Assembly: GCA_028714495.1 (NCBI GenBank)
Contig: JAQTMH010000002.1
Coordinates: forward strand, 75,471-139,470
Direction of reading: 5' to 3'
Length of the DNA: 64,000 bases
Source of the DNA: Patescibacteria group bacterium
Lineage (GTDB): Bacteria > Patescibacteriota > Patescibacteriia > JAHIZJ01
The notes beneath the pieces were generated by a model. That model ran no database searches. It was not told the origin of the DNA and worked only from the letters and a program-made list of their open reading frames with translations. A program made the translations under genes and the position numbers. This document shows, in pieces, positions 24,483 to 34,318 of this stretch (position 1 is its first letter; each line of letters opens with the position of its first letter).

Positions 24483-25535
24483 CTACGTCTTATCAATCAA
24501 AACGATTATTAAACCCAATCCCGAAGTCACGGCCGCGATAATCCAGAAACGCATGACAATCTTTGTCTCAGGCCAGCCAGTCGCTTCCAGGTGATGGTGG
24601 ACCGGGGCTGACAGAAACACCTTCCGCTTAAAGAATTTCCTGGAAAAAAGCTGAATAATCACCGAGAGCGACTCAATCACGAAAAGCAAGCCGATAATCG
24701 GCAACAGTAAGGCGGTATTCGTCAGCATTGCCACAATGCCCAAAGTGGTGCCGAGGGCCATGGCTCCTGTGTCGCCCATGAAAAATCTGGCTGGCGGAAT
24801 ATTGAACCATAAAAAAGCCAGCAGCGCGCCCGCGATCACCCCGCAAAAAGCAGATAGATTGTAATCGCCCTGGGCAAAGGCGATCGCGCCGTAAACTCCA
24901 AATGCGGCCAACAGCGTTCCCCCGGCCAGGCCGTCAAGCCCGTCGATTTCGTTCACGGAAAACGAGGTCGCCACTATCACAAAAATAAAAATCGGGATAT
25001 ACCACCAGCCGATCTGAAAACTTCCCAGGAACGGAACGTGCAAGACATCCCAATCCAGCTTGAAATAAAACCAGTAAGCTCCGACTATGGCAATCAGGGT
25101 ATAGATTAAAAGCCGATGGCGGATCTTAAAGCCGCCTCCATACGGTCCGAGTCCTTTGACGTTCAAAAAATCATCAATCAAACCGACTATCGCCGTGGCG
25201 ACCAAGGCGCCCAGCGGTAAAAGAGTTTCGGAGCGCGTTAGAAAGTTGAACTTTCGCAATAATTCGATATCGAATATTTTCCCCAGGTAAAAAAACAATA
25301 GGGCCAGAACCAGCGTCGTTCCCCAGATCAAAACTCCGCCCATAGTCGGCGTGCCTGATTTCTTCCGGTGAAGCGCGGAAAAAACCGGCGCGCTTTTGTC
25401 GTCTCGAATCTGCTTGCCAAGTTTGTACTTGTATAAAAAATGGGTCAGGGCCGGCGTCCAGAAGATAGTCACGACAAAAGACAAAACTGTCAGTACAAAA
25501 ATTTTGATAATGTGAAAATCTACTGTGAAATGCAT
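24483..25535 (-). CDS. mraY: phospho-N-acetylmuramoyl-pentapeptide transferase (MraY / GT4-family polyprenyl-phosphate sugar-phosphate transferase), displaced from the dcw cluster
   Basis: KxGTPTMGG motif (KKSGTPTMGGVLIW), DDFLNV and NEIDGLDGLAGG motifs; 10 TM helices; 350 aa. Confidence 0.8.
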   Translation of the reverse strand: MHFTVDFHIIKIFVLTVLSFVVTIFWTPALTHFLYKYKLGKQIRDDKSAPVFSALHRKKSGTPTMGGVLIWGTTLVLALLFFYLGKIFDIELLRKFNFLTRSETLLPLGALVATAIVGLIDDFLNVKGLGPYGGGFKIRHRLLIYTLIAIVGAYWFYFKLDWDVLHVPFLGSFQIGWWYIPIFIFVIVATSFSVNEIDGLDGLAGGTLLAAFGVYGAIAFAQGDYNLSAFCGVIAGALLAFLWFNIPPARFFMGDTGAMALGTTLGIVAMLTNTALLLPIIGLLFVIESLSVIIQLFSRKFFKRKVFLSAPVHHHLEATGWPETKIVMRFWIIAAVTSGLGLIIVLIDKT

Positions 25536-25538
25536 ATC

Positions 25539-25907
25539 TTAAACGATTAATTCACGGACAATCAAATAGCCGGCGCCAAGCAATATCAGCTCGCTTAGAC
25601 ACAGTCCAATTATTAAAATATGACTGAACATTTTTACCCTCTTATACATTATAAGCGATAGGCCAAAATTGATAAAGAAAAACGCCAGCCCGGAGAGCGG
25701 AATCAGCAGAATTTTGTACCAGGGCCCGAATAGATCAATGCCAAAATAAATGTTATAATGAAGGGGTACGTAATCCGTTTGACCATGAAATTTTGTGTAA
25801 AGCAACCACCACAGCCCAGCGTCAATTAGCAATGAAACGGCTAGTGGTACTGAAATTATCGGGTCTTTGAAAAAAGATTTTAGGCGAATTATCTTATCAT
25901 TATCCAT
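25539..25907 (-). CDS. small integral membrane protein (4 TM), hypothetical
   Basis: 122-aa hydrophobic ORF, divergent from the GT-C gene. Confidence 0.5.
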   Translation of the reverse strand: MDNDKIIRLKSFFKDPIISVPLAVSLLIDAGLWWLLYTKFHGQTDYVPLHYNIYFGIDLFGPWYKILLIPLSGLAFFFINFGLSLIMYKRVKMFSHILIIGLCLSELILLGAGYLIVRELIV

Positions 25908-25918
25908 ATTCGAACTTT

Positions 25919-27823
25919 ATGCTTGACCTAATTAAAAAGCGCGCGTGGTTTATTGTCATTGGACTGCTGATATTGATGTTCACCCTCGAAATTTCTAGCG
26001 CTGTTAAACAGTCCCAAATAATTGATGAATCGCCTCACATTGTCGCTGGCTACTCCTATCTCAAGACTGGCGATTTTCGTTTAAACCCTGAGCATCCGCC
26101 GCTGATAAAGATGTTGAGTGGCCTGCCGCTTCAGTTTATGAAATTGCGCCCCTTGTCTGAAAACACTTCTTGGTTGACTGGCGAACAATGGTCAGCCGGG
26201 CGGATTTTCCTTTATGAGAATACGGTCGATCACTTCTGGCTGCTTTTCTGGGCCCGGTTGCCTATCATGCTTTTGAGTATACTCTTGGGCTTGATAATTT
26301 TCAAATGGACCAAGTCGCTCTTCGGGGTATTAGGTGGACTCATCGCCTTGCTTTTTTATGTTTTTGATCCGACCACGCTGGCTCACTCGCGCTGGATCAC
26401 CACTGACCTGGGAATCGCGCTTTTTATTTTTGCCACGCTTTATTTTCTGTATCGTTTTTTCCAAAAGCCGACCCTGGGCCGGACCTTCGCTTTTGCTTTC
26501 GTTTTTGCCCTGGCCCTGCTGGCAAAATTTTCTGCGGTAATTTTAATACCGCTTACTTTACTCTACCTCATCATCGCTAAATGGCAGGGCTGGCCGTGTA
26601 CCGTTCTGGTGCACGGCTGGCCCCGTACCGACATGGTACAGGGCTGGCCGAAAAATCAGATAACCCAGCAAATCCCAAAACCAGTTGGTGCCGGCAAGTT
26701 TATCCTGATTACCATAATCGTATCAATCATCACTGTTTGGGGCGTCTATGGCTTCGAATTAAAAAAGCCCTATAGCGATCCCGAAATCCCGGCAGCCTTC
26801 GCGCCGGGTAAATCACAGCAGCATTTTGATAAGGCCTGGCTGACTTTCGTGAATAAATTCACTGACACTGATACAGCCGAAGGAAGGCTGACTGAAAAAT
26901 TGGCCAAGACAATTCCGATACCGGCCTACACTTATATAAAAGGCTTCGCCACTCTGGCCAATCATAATTACTGGGGGCACACTGCTTTTCTGATGGGTAA
27001 GTATTCCGCGGTAGGCTGGTGGTATTACTTTATCGTGGCTTTTCTGGTGAAAACCCCCTTGGTGACGATTCTATTTTTACTGGTGACCATTGGTCTGATC
27101 GGGATTCGAGCCTGGTCCCGACTTAAAAAGGGCTGGATCCAGCCAAATCAACTTGTCGCTACTAAAGGTCTAAATATGATAGGCGGCTTTTTCAAGAAGT
27201 TGTTCAACTTTTTCCGGGGAATTCCTGTTTACTGGTACATGGTAATCCTTACGCCTACGCTTTATTTCATCTGGACGCTTTCCAGTAAATTAAATCTTGG
27301 GGTACGGCATCTCTTGCCAATCTATCCGTTTATCTTTCTGCTCTTTGGCGCATTCACGACCATCAGGCTCGGGCGTCGGGCTAAATTATGGCGGGGTCTA
27401 TTTATCGTTTTGATAATTTTATACATCGCTTCATCAATAATGATCTATCCGAATTACCTATCATATTTTAACGAAGCGGTGGGCGGACCAAGCCAGGGGC
27501 ATAAATATTTGCTTGATTCAAATATCGACTGGGGGCAGGATCTCATCGGCCTGAAAAAATACGTCGACGAGCACCAGCTGGGAAAAATATATTTTCACTA
27601 CTTTGGCACCGCTGACCCAACGGCCTATGGCATTATCCACGAATCCCCTCCCACCAATGAGCAGATCCGCCAGCTGCCGAATTTCAAAGGCACCGTGGCC
27701 ATCAGCGTTTCCGGTCTCTATTCCGAAACTCGGGAATTTTCTTGGCTTCTCAAATACGAACCAATAGACCGAATCGGTTATTCGATTTGGATATACGACA
27801 TCGAGTGTCCCTGTTCAAACTAG
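25919..27823 (+). CDS. GT-C fold membrane glycosyltransferase, PMT/ArnT-like (GT39/GT83 family)
   Basis: 634 aa, polytopic. DE motif in the first loop (IIDESPHIVAG) and HPPL motif. Contains an internal GC-rich tandem repeat (GWPCTVLVHGWPRTDMVQGWP). Confidence 0.75.
   Translation: MLDLIKKRAWFIVIGLLILMFTLEISSAVKQSQIIDESPHIVAGYSYLKTGDFRLNPEHPPLIKMLSGLPLQFMKLRPLSENTSWLTGEQWSAGRIFLYENTVDHFWLLFWARLPIMLLSILLGLIIFKWTKSLFGVLGGLIALLFYVFDPTTLAHSRWITTDLGIALFIFATLYFLYRFFQKPTLGRTFAFAFVFALALLAKFSAVILIPLTLLYLIIAKWQGWPCTVLVHGWPRTDMVQGWPKNQITQQIPKPVGAGKFILITIIVSIITVWGVYGFELKKPYSDPEIPAAFAPGKSQQHFDKAWLTFVNKFTDTDTAEGRLTEKLAKTIPIPAYTYIKGFATLANHNYWGHTAFLMGKYSAVGWWYYFIVAFLVKTPLVTILFLLVTIGLIGIRAWSRLKKGWIQPNQLVATKGLNMIGGFFKKLFNFFRGIPVYWYMVILTPTLYFIWTLSSKLNLGVRHLLPIYPFIFLLFGAFTTIRLGRRAKLWRGLFIVLIILYIASSIMIYPNYLSYFNEAVGGPSQGHKYLLDSNIDWGQDLIGLKKYVDEHQLGKIYFHYFGTADPTAYGIIHESPPTNEQIRQLPNFKGTVAISVSGLYSETREFSWLLKYEPIDRIGYSIWIYDIECPCSN
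26581..26660 (+). repeat. imperfect 27-bp tandem repeat (about 2.7 units) inside the GT-C glycosyltransferase CDS
   Basis: cagggctggccgtgtaccgttctggtg / cacggctggccccgtaccgacatggta / cagggctggccgaaaaatcag, encoding QGWPCTVLV-HGWPRTDMV-QGWPKNQ. Confidence 0.6.
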
Positions 27824-27903
27824 CTTAAGGAAGGATATTAGACACGCAAAAAATATCCGCGAAATTGTTTACTGTTTTTTGCTTCAGACAGAAAAAACAC
27901 GAG

Positions 27904-27932
27904 TTGACGAAACTTTTTTTTCGTGATATAAT
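27904..27932 (+). promoter_or_regulatory. near-consensus sigma-70 promoter TTGACG-N17-TATAAT for the pilus operon
   Basis: -35 at 27904-27909, -10 TATAAT at 27927-27932, 25 nt before the pilB ATG. Confidence 0.55.
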
Positions 27933-27956
27933 ATATAGGTAAAAATCAAGAAATCT

Positions 27957-29690
27957 ATGCTGAAACCCGATCAAATCAAGGAAATTGTCCTGAAATCAAA
28001 AATCCTGCCCGAAGCAGACCTGAAAAAGGCCATTACTGAGTCAGCAAACGAGAACATGCCTTTTACCGATTATTTAATTGGACAAAAGCTCCTGTCGGAA
28101 AACGGCCTCTATGAAAGCATCGCAAATTATTTCGGTGCTTCTTTTATTGACCTGCGCCGGACCACCATCAGAAAAGATCTGCTTCGAGTTGTCCCCGACA
28201 GTATCGTTCAGGCGCACCAGATCTTGGCTTTTGATCAGGACAACGAAAATATCAAACTGGCGACTACTGACCCGACTGATTTAGAAATTATTGAATTTAT
28301 AAAAAAGAAGACAAACCTTCAACCAGACATCTACGTTACCACACCCTCATCAATAAAAGAGGTTTTGAAGCAATATCATAAAGGGATAAAAGCCAGGTTT
28401 GAGGAGATGGCCACGCCGGGCGAAAAACCCGAAATTCCGGCCGACCAAAAGGATTTAAAAAAATTAGCTCAAGATCTTCCAATTATCAGGATTGTCGATA
28501 CTCTGCTTGAATACGCGATTTATGAAAGCGCTTCTGACATTCACATCGAGCCAAACGAAAAAGACGTTATTGTCCGATACCGAATTGATGGCGTTTTGCG
28601 CGAAGTCATGACCTTGCCAAAAAAAATCCAGTCTGGCGTGGTTGCCAGAATAAAAATTCTTTCAAACCTTAAACTTGATGAGCACCGCCTGCCTCAAGAC
28701 GGCCGCTTTAAAGTCAGTACCGAGGAATACAAGGTCGCTTTTCGTGTTTCAATAATCCCGGTCTACGACGGAGAAAAAATTGTTCTGCGTTTATTAAACG
28801 AGTCAGCTCAGATATTAAGCCTGGAACAAATCGGCCTCCTGCCCAAAGCCTTCAACATTGTCAAAGCCAATATTCAGAAGCCTCATGGCATGATTCTGGT
28901 AACTGGTCCGACTGGCTCAGGCAAAACGACTACCCTCTATACCATCTTAAACATTCTCAATAAACCCGGGGTCAATATTTCAACGGTTGAAGATCCGATC
29001 GAATACCGCATTCCGCGCGTCAATCAAAGCCAGGTGAATCCCAAAATCGGCTTTACCTTCTCGGTCGGCCTGCGCGCCCTTCTCCGCCAGGATCCAAACA
29101 TTATCATGGTGGGAGAAATTCGCGACCTGGAAACAGCCCAAATCGCAGCCAACGCGGCCATGACCGGCCACCTAGTGCTTTCAACCCTGCACACCAACGA
29201 CGCCGTGGGAACTCTGCCACGGTTGCTGGAAATCGGCATCCCCTCTTTTCTCGTTGCCTCGACGACAAACTTGGTGATGGGACAGCGGCTGGTAAGAAAA
29301 ATCTGCCCGAACTGCGTCACCAGCTATAACTTAAGCAAAAAAGCGATTATTGAGCTTGAACGGCAAATCAACTTCAAGGAGCTTCTCTCGACCCTGGAAA
29401 AAGAAGAGGCCATCTCTTCGGCCAAGATCGCGCCTGAATCGCTCCTTTTCTATCGCGGCAAGGGCTGTCGTGAGTGCGGCCAAACCGGCTATAAAGGGCG
29501 GATCGGTATTTATGAAACTTTGGCCGTGGATCATGAAATTGCCGACTTAATTACTAAAAACACGCAACGAGAGCAGCTAATGGAAGTGGCCAGGAGAAAA
29601 GGCATGATTACCATGCTTGAAGATGGTTTTATAAAAGCAAAGATGGGAATCACCAGCGTTGAAGAAGTGCTTCGCGTGACCAAAGATTAA
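27957..29690 (+). CDS. pilB: type IV pilus assembly ATPase PilB/GspE family
   Basis: N-terminal T2SSE_N domain, Walker A GPTGSGKTT, Asp/His boxes, tetracysteine CPNC...CREC. Confidence 0.9.
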   Translation: MLKPDQIKEIVLKSKILPEADLKKAITESANENMPFTDYLIGQKLLSENGLYESIANYFGASFIDLRRTTIRKDLLRVVPDSIVQAHQILAFDQDNENIKLATTDPTDLEIIEFIKKKTNLQPDIYVTTPSSIKEVLKQYHKGIKARFEEMATPGEKPEIPADQKDLKKLAQDLPIIRIVDTLLEYAIYESASDIHIEPNEKDVIVRYRIDGVLREVMTLPKKIQSGVVARIKILSNLKLDEHRLPQDGRFKVSTEEYKVAFRVSIIPVYDGEKIVLRLLNESAQILSLEQIGLLPKAFNIVKANIQKPHGMILVTGPTGSGKTTTLYTILNILNKPGVNISTVEDPIEYRIPRVNQSQVNPKIGFTFSVGLRALLRQDPNIIMVGEIRDLETAQIAANAAMTGHLVLSTLHTNDAVGTLPRLLEIGIPSFLVASTTNLVMGQRLVRKICPNCVTSYNLSKKAIIELERQINFKELLSTLEKEEAISSAKIAPESLLFYRGKGCRECGQTGYKGRIGIYETLAVDHEIADLITKNTQREQLMEVARRKGMITMLEDGFIKAKMGITSVEEVLRVTKD

Positions 29691-29691
29691 T

Positions 29692-30906
29692 ATGACCGAA
29701 TTTCTATACACAGCCAAACGATCAGACGGCTCAGTAATCAAAGAAAGACTGGACGCCGGCAACCAGACCGAGCTTGAAGATAAACTGAAAAGAGACGGGC
29801 TGTCTCTGATTTCCGCTACCGTCGCCCGTAAATCAGACAGTCAAAAAATATCCTGGCTGGATAAACTCAGCCGCGTTTCGTTGGTTGACCGGATGTTCTT
29901 TACCCAAAATCTCGAAGTAATGGTGCGGACTGGTTTTTCGATCGCCAAAGCCTTAAAAACTCTGTCCGCTCAAACCAGCAATAAATATTTCGCCAAGATT
30001 ATCAACCATTTGTCCAGTGAGGTCGAGAAAGGCAAGACTTTGGCTTCCGCTATGCGGCCCTATCCCAAGGTCTTTTCTTCCATTTTTGTGAATATGATCG
30101 AGGCGGGAGAAGTCTCGGGCCAGTTGGAGTCTGTTTTGAAACGGCTGACTCTTCAAATGAAAAAAGATCACGGCTTGATTTCTAAGGTTAAGAGTGCCCT
30201 CACTTATCCGGCAATCATTCTAGTCGCCATGCTCGGTATTGGAACCCTAATGTTCATTTTTGTCATTCCAAAAATTACCAGCATGTACGCCGAGACCTCG
30301 GTGCAACTTCCCTGGGCAACCAAGCTACTGATCACCACTAGCGGCTTTGCTGCAAAAAACGCCTACTATGTTATCGGATCTCTTTTCGCGATAGTCTTTG
30401 GCTTTTTTAGAATAATAAAAACCAGGCGCGGACGAAGAGCTTACCATGCCTTGTTGCTTAAAACCCCAATCTTCGGAAAAATCATAAAAAAAATAAACCT
30501 GGCCAGATTCGCTCGAACGCTAAGCTCGCTTTTGAAAACCGACATTCCCATTGTCCAGGCCTTTCAAATAATATCCAAAACACTGGGCAATGTATATTAT
30601 CAGGAGGTTATGAGCATAGTCGCGGAAAAAGTCAAACAAGGCGTTACCGTTACGTCGGTCCTGGAAAAAAACCTTAAGCTCTTCCCGCCAGTAGTCACGC
30701 AGATAATCGACGTGGGTGAGCAGTCTGGAACGCTTGATACTATTTCTGAAGAGATCGCTGTTTTTTACGAAGATGACGTGGAACAAACAATGTCCACTCT
30801 CTCGACTATCATCGAACCGCTGCTGATGCTTATCCTGGGCGCCGGGGTCGGTCTAATCGCCGTGGCCGTCTTGATGCCGATGTACAATATTGTCGAGGCT
30901 TTCTAA
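29692..30906 (+). CDS. pilC: type IV pilus inner-membrane platform protein PilC/GspF family
   Basis: Two T2SSF repeats; 3 TM helices; 404 aa. Confidence 0.88.
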   Translation: MTEFLYTAKRSDGSVIKERLDAGNQTELEDKLKRDGLSLISATVARKSDSQKISWLDKLSRVSLVDRMFFTQNLEVMVRTGFSIAKALKTLSAQTSNKYFAKIINHLSSEVEKGKTLASAMRPYPKVFSSIFVNMIEAGEVSGQLESVLKRLTLQMKKDHGLISKVKSALTYPAIILVAMLGIGTLMFIFVIPKITSMYAETSVQLPWATKLLITTSGFAAKNAYYVIGSLFAIVFGFFRIIKTRRGRRAYHALLLKTPIFGKIIKKINLARFARTLSSLLKTDIPIVQAFQIISKTLGNVYYQEVMSIVAEKVKQGVTVTSVLEKNLKLFPPVVTQIIDVGEQSGTLDTISEEIAVFYEDDVEQTMSTLSTIIEPLLMLILGAGVGLIAVAVLMPMYNIVEAF

Positions 30907-30909
30907 AAA

Positions 30910-32244
30910 ATGATTAGGAGGAATACAAAAGGAGTAACTCTCATCGAGGTCATTGTTGGACTGGCGATTTTCGCTATGGCCATGGCCGGCATCTATAATC
31001 TCTTTAATTTGGCCACTAAGATGCTGGGTGACAATCGAGCGCGCGTCGACGCGATTGCGATGGCAAATAAACGGATTGAGATGATCCGAAATCTTGCGTA
31101 CGACAATGTCGGCATCACGGGTGGTATCCCAAACGGAACAATTCCACAGACCGAACAGCTGGTCGTAAACAACATTACTTATACCCTCGAAACGGATATC
31201 CGATATGTCGACGACCCTTTTGACGGTACGGCCACTGGCGCCCCGCCTGATACAAATAGCGCTGACTATAAACGCATCCGAATCGAAGTAACCTGGCCGC
31301 GGATGCTGAACAATAAACCCGTTATCTTGGTCACCGACGTGACGCCGAAGGGTATGGAAAAAACAGTCGGCGGTGGAACGATTTTGCTGACCGTATTTGA
31401 CGCCCTAGGACAGCCTGTGCCGTCAGCCGCCGTGCATGTCGAAAATACCGACGTCAACCCGATTGTTAACTATGATACGACAACCCAAGCCAACGGTACA
31501 CTTGTCCTACCCGGCATGCCCCCTTCGATCGAAACCTATGACGTCCGCGTGACCAAGGGCGGCTACAGCACGGATCAAACATATGAAATCGATCCCATCG
31601 CCAATCCCAATCCCACTCGTCCACCCCTGTCGGTGTATTTGAATGTTGTGACGGAAGCCAGCTTCTCTATTGATCGTCTAAGCACGGTGAATATCCAAAC
31701 GTTTGATCAGGCTAGTCAACCACTCCCAAATATCGACTTTACGTTGCGCGGTTCAAAAACAATTGGAACCGATGGCGTCGGTGCCCCGATCTATAAATAC
31801 TCTCAAGCATTCACCACGAACGCGACTGGAGAAATCACGATTTCAGATCTTGAATGGGATTCGTACAACTTTATTATTGATAATGCTGGGATAAATTACG
31901 ACATCGCGGGAGCTAACCCACCGCTTCCGATTAATCTCGATCCAGACGCAACTCAAACAACACAAATTTCACTCGCCACGCCTCACACGAATCATACGCT
32001 TCTCGTCACAGTCCGCGATCAAAACATGGTCCTTATGCCAAACATCGCCGTTCAGCTAAACCGCTTAGTACCACCCTACGATGAAACGCAAACAACCTCC
32101 GCCTGGGGACAGACGTTTTTCCCGTCGCTTGTCCAGGGCGATTACACTATCTTTATCCAAGCAACCGGCTATCAGGATCATAACGAGGTTATAACAATCG
32201 ACGGCCAACGGACCATAGAAATAGTGATGATCCCCCCAATCTAA
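30910..32244 (+). CDS. large prepilin-type protein (class III signal peptide) with three CarboxypepD_reg / transthyretin-like beta-sandwich domains; putative minor pilin or adhesin
   Basis: N-terminus MIRRNTKG|VTLIEVIVGLAIFAMAMAG fits the prepilin G-(F/V)TLIE cleavage/methylation motif. C-terminus has repeated GTIxLxVxDxxGxPxxxAxV...GxYxV blocks. Confidence 0.75.
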   Translation: MIRRNTKGVTLIEVIVGLAIFAMAMAGIYNLFNLATKMLGDNRARVDAIAMANKRIEMIRNLAYDNVGITGGIPNGTIPQTEQLVVNNITYTLETDIRYVDDPFDGTATGAPPDTNSADYKRIRIEVTWPRMLNNKPVILVTDVTPKGMEKTVGGGTILLTVFDALGQPVPSAAVHVENTDVNPIVNYDTTTQANGTLVLPGMPPSIETYDVRVTKGGYSTDQTYEIDPIANPNPTRPPLSVYLNVVTEASFSIDRLSTVNIQTFDQASQPLPNIDFTLRGSKTIGTDGVGAPIYKYSQAFTTNATGEITISDLEWDSYNFIIDNAGINYDIAGANPPLPINLDPDATQTTQISLATPHTNHTLLVTVRDQNMVLMPNIAVQLNRLVPPYDETQTTSAWGQTFFPSLVQGDYTIFIQATGYQDHNEVITIDGQRTIEIVMIPPI

Positions 32245-32247
32245 ACC

Positions 32248-32865
32248 ATGCGCGCCTATTCCAATAAAACCGGATTTACGCTTGTTGAAGCGCTGGTCGC
32301 GCTGGCAATTTTTGGCATTATCTTAGCGATTTTATCAAACTTTTTATTACAGGGGATGCGTTTTCAAACATTTGCCAGCGAACAGCAACAGCAGGTCGAA
32401 TTCGCGCGAAGCAGCGCCCAAACAATGGTTAAAGAATTGCGCGAAGCCGAGCCCGGCGATGATGGTTCATACATACTCAATCGGGCCGAGGATCAGGAGA
32501 TTATCTTTTTTAGCAATATTGATGCCGATCAAGCGACCGAACGCGTCCGGTATTTTCTTGACGGCACGACCTTCAAAAAAGGAATTATCGAACCCAGTGG
32601 CGAACCGATCATTTATGACCAGGCAACCGAGACAGTAACCACGCTCGTAGAATACATACGCAATGGAACGACACCGATCTTCTTGTACTACAACGGGGAC
32701 TATCCGGGCGACATGACACACAATCCCCTGCCCACGCCGACCCGTTTAACCGAAACAAAGTTATTAAACGTATATTTACGGATTAATGTCAACGAAAGCC
32801 AGGCGCCAAATCAAACCGAGGTTATAACCGAGGTTCAAATACGTAATTTGAAAAATAATTTATGA
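32248..32865 (+). CDS. prepilin-type N-terminal cleavage/methylation domain protein (pilin/pseudopilin)
   Basis: MRAYSNKTG|FTLVEALVALAIFGIIL; 205 aa. Confidence 0.8.
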   Translation: MRAYSNKTGFTLVEALVALAIFGIILAILSNFLLQGMRFQTFASEQQQQVEFARSSAQTMVKELREAEPGDDGSYILNRAEDQEIIFFSNIDADQATERVRYFLDGTTFKKGIIEPSGEPIIYDQATETVTTLVEYIRNGTTPIFLYYNGDYPGDMTHNPLPTPTRLTETKLLNVYLRINVNESQAPNQTEVITEVQIRNLKNNL

Positions 32866-34256
32866 TACGTATTATACGAAATAATAAATCACAAGGCGCT
32901 ACCCTGGTTATGGCGATCGTTTTGTTGACGATTTATATGCTTATGCTTGGCGGTATTATCAACCTCGTCATGTCGCAAAACAAGCAAACTATTCGACAAA
33001 TCTCCTGGGAACGCTCACTCGCCATCGCGGAGGCTGGCGCAAACTTCAGCCGTTGGCGCTTAGTCCACGACTCTAATGATTTCAGTTTTTCGGGCACCTA
33101 TGATTACAGCGACCCCCAGGGTGGAGTTATCGGTCAGTATTCCTTGGAAATAACCGAACCCGTTACCTGCACCACCATGGTTACGGTCAAGTCAACGGGT
33201 TGGACGCTCGACTTCCCAAACGTCAAGCGAACTGTCAAAGTACGCTATAACCGAGCTTCATTGGCCCAATATGCTTTTTTGACTAATTCAGATATCTGGA
33301 TTGGCGAGAACGAAGACGTACAAGGGCCGCTTCACTCAAATGGCGGCGTTCGAATGGATGGCACCCAAAACGCCGAATCGACATCATCTAAAGAAACCTA
33401 TACCTGCCAGCCGATGCATGGTTGTAATCCCGCCACGCAAAAGCCCGGCATCTGGGGCAGCGGCAGTGGCGGCGCCAGCGGCTTATGGAGATTTCCCGTG
33501 TCAGTCGTAGATTTTAATGTCATTACGACCGACCTGGCTGATCTGAAGACTAAAGCGCAGAATGGCGGGTATTACTTTGAACCGTCTGGCGCCTTTGGCT
33601 ATCATATCATTTTTAAAAATACCGGCGCCTTTGATCTCTATAAAGTTACTGAGCTAGAACCGGATGTCTGGGGTTGCGACACCGAGTGGAATTGCGCTTG
33701 GGATTCGAACGACATTAAACACGAAGAACTTGTCGACCGGTATGATTTGGCGGAAGATCAATGCGATATCCAAAACCTGATCTTTGTTGAAGATAAAAAA
33801 GTCTGGGTTGACGGAGTGTTAAAAGAAAAAGCTACAGTCGCGGCGGCTCAATTTCCCGATACTGCCGCCACTAATTCGTCCATAATCATTAACGGCAACA
33901 TTACACGCGCCGATCCCGCTGACACTATGCTTGGTCTTATCGCTCAAAAAAACGTACTGGTGCCATATTACTCGCCGAATATTTTGGAAATCCAGGCGGT
34001 CATGGTCGCCCAGAAAGGCGCGGTCCAACGTTTATATTATGCCGGCAATGTAAAAAATAAAATACTGGTTCGAGGTTCAATCATCACCAACAACGTCTGG
34101 ACCTGGTCATGGGTGAATGGTGGTGGCACGGTAGTTTCTGGGTATGAGCTCACGGAATCGCATTTCGAACCGGCCTTAATCTACGCTCCGCCGCCGTTCT
34201 TTCCCGGCACTGGCGAATACAATTTTATCTCCTGGGAGGAACTTCCTCAGGAGTAA
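32862..34256 (+). CDS. PilX-like minor pilin / pilus assembly protein with Cys-rich globular domain
   Basis: N-terminus KSQG|ATLVMAIVLLTIYML (prepilin-like, no Glu5); 464 aa. Confidence 0.6.
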   Translation: MIRIIRNNKSQGATLVMAIVLLTIYMLMLGGIINLVMSQNKQTIRQISWERSLAIAEAGANFSRWRLVHDSNDFSFSGTYDYSDPQGGVIGQYSLEITEPVTCTTMVTVKSTGWTLDFPNVKRTVKVRYNRASLAQYAFLTNSDIWIGENEDVQGPLHSNGGVRMDGTQNAESTSSKETYTCQPMHGCNPATQKPGIWGSGSGGASGLWRFPVSVVDFNVITTDLADLKTKAQNGGYYFEPSGAFGYHIIFKNTGAFDLYKVTELEPDVWGCDTEWNCAWDSNDIKHEELVDRYDLAEDQCDIQNLIFVEDKKVWVDGVLKEKATVAAAQFPDTAATNSSIIINGNITRADPADTMLGLIAQKNVLVPYYSPNILEIQAVMVAQKGAVQRLYYAGNVKNKILVRGSIITNNVWTWSWVNGGGTVVSGYELTESHFEPALIYAPPPFFPGTGEYNFISWEELPQE

Positions 34257-34318
34257 AGCTTTTAATTATCCGAGCGGCCTGGTAAAATAGTAGCAGTAGG
34301 CGGAATCTAAAACTTATT

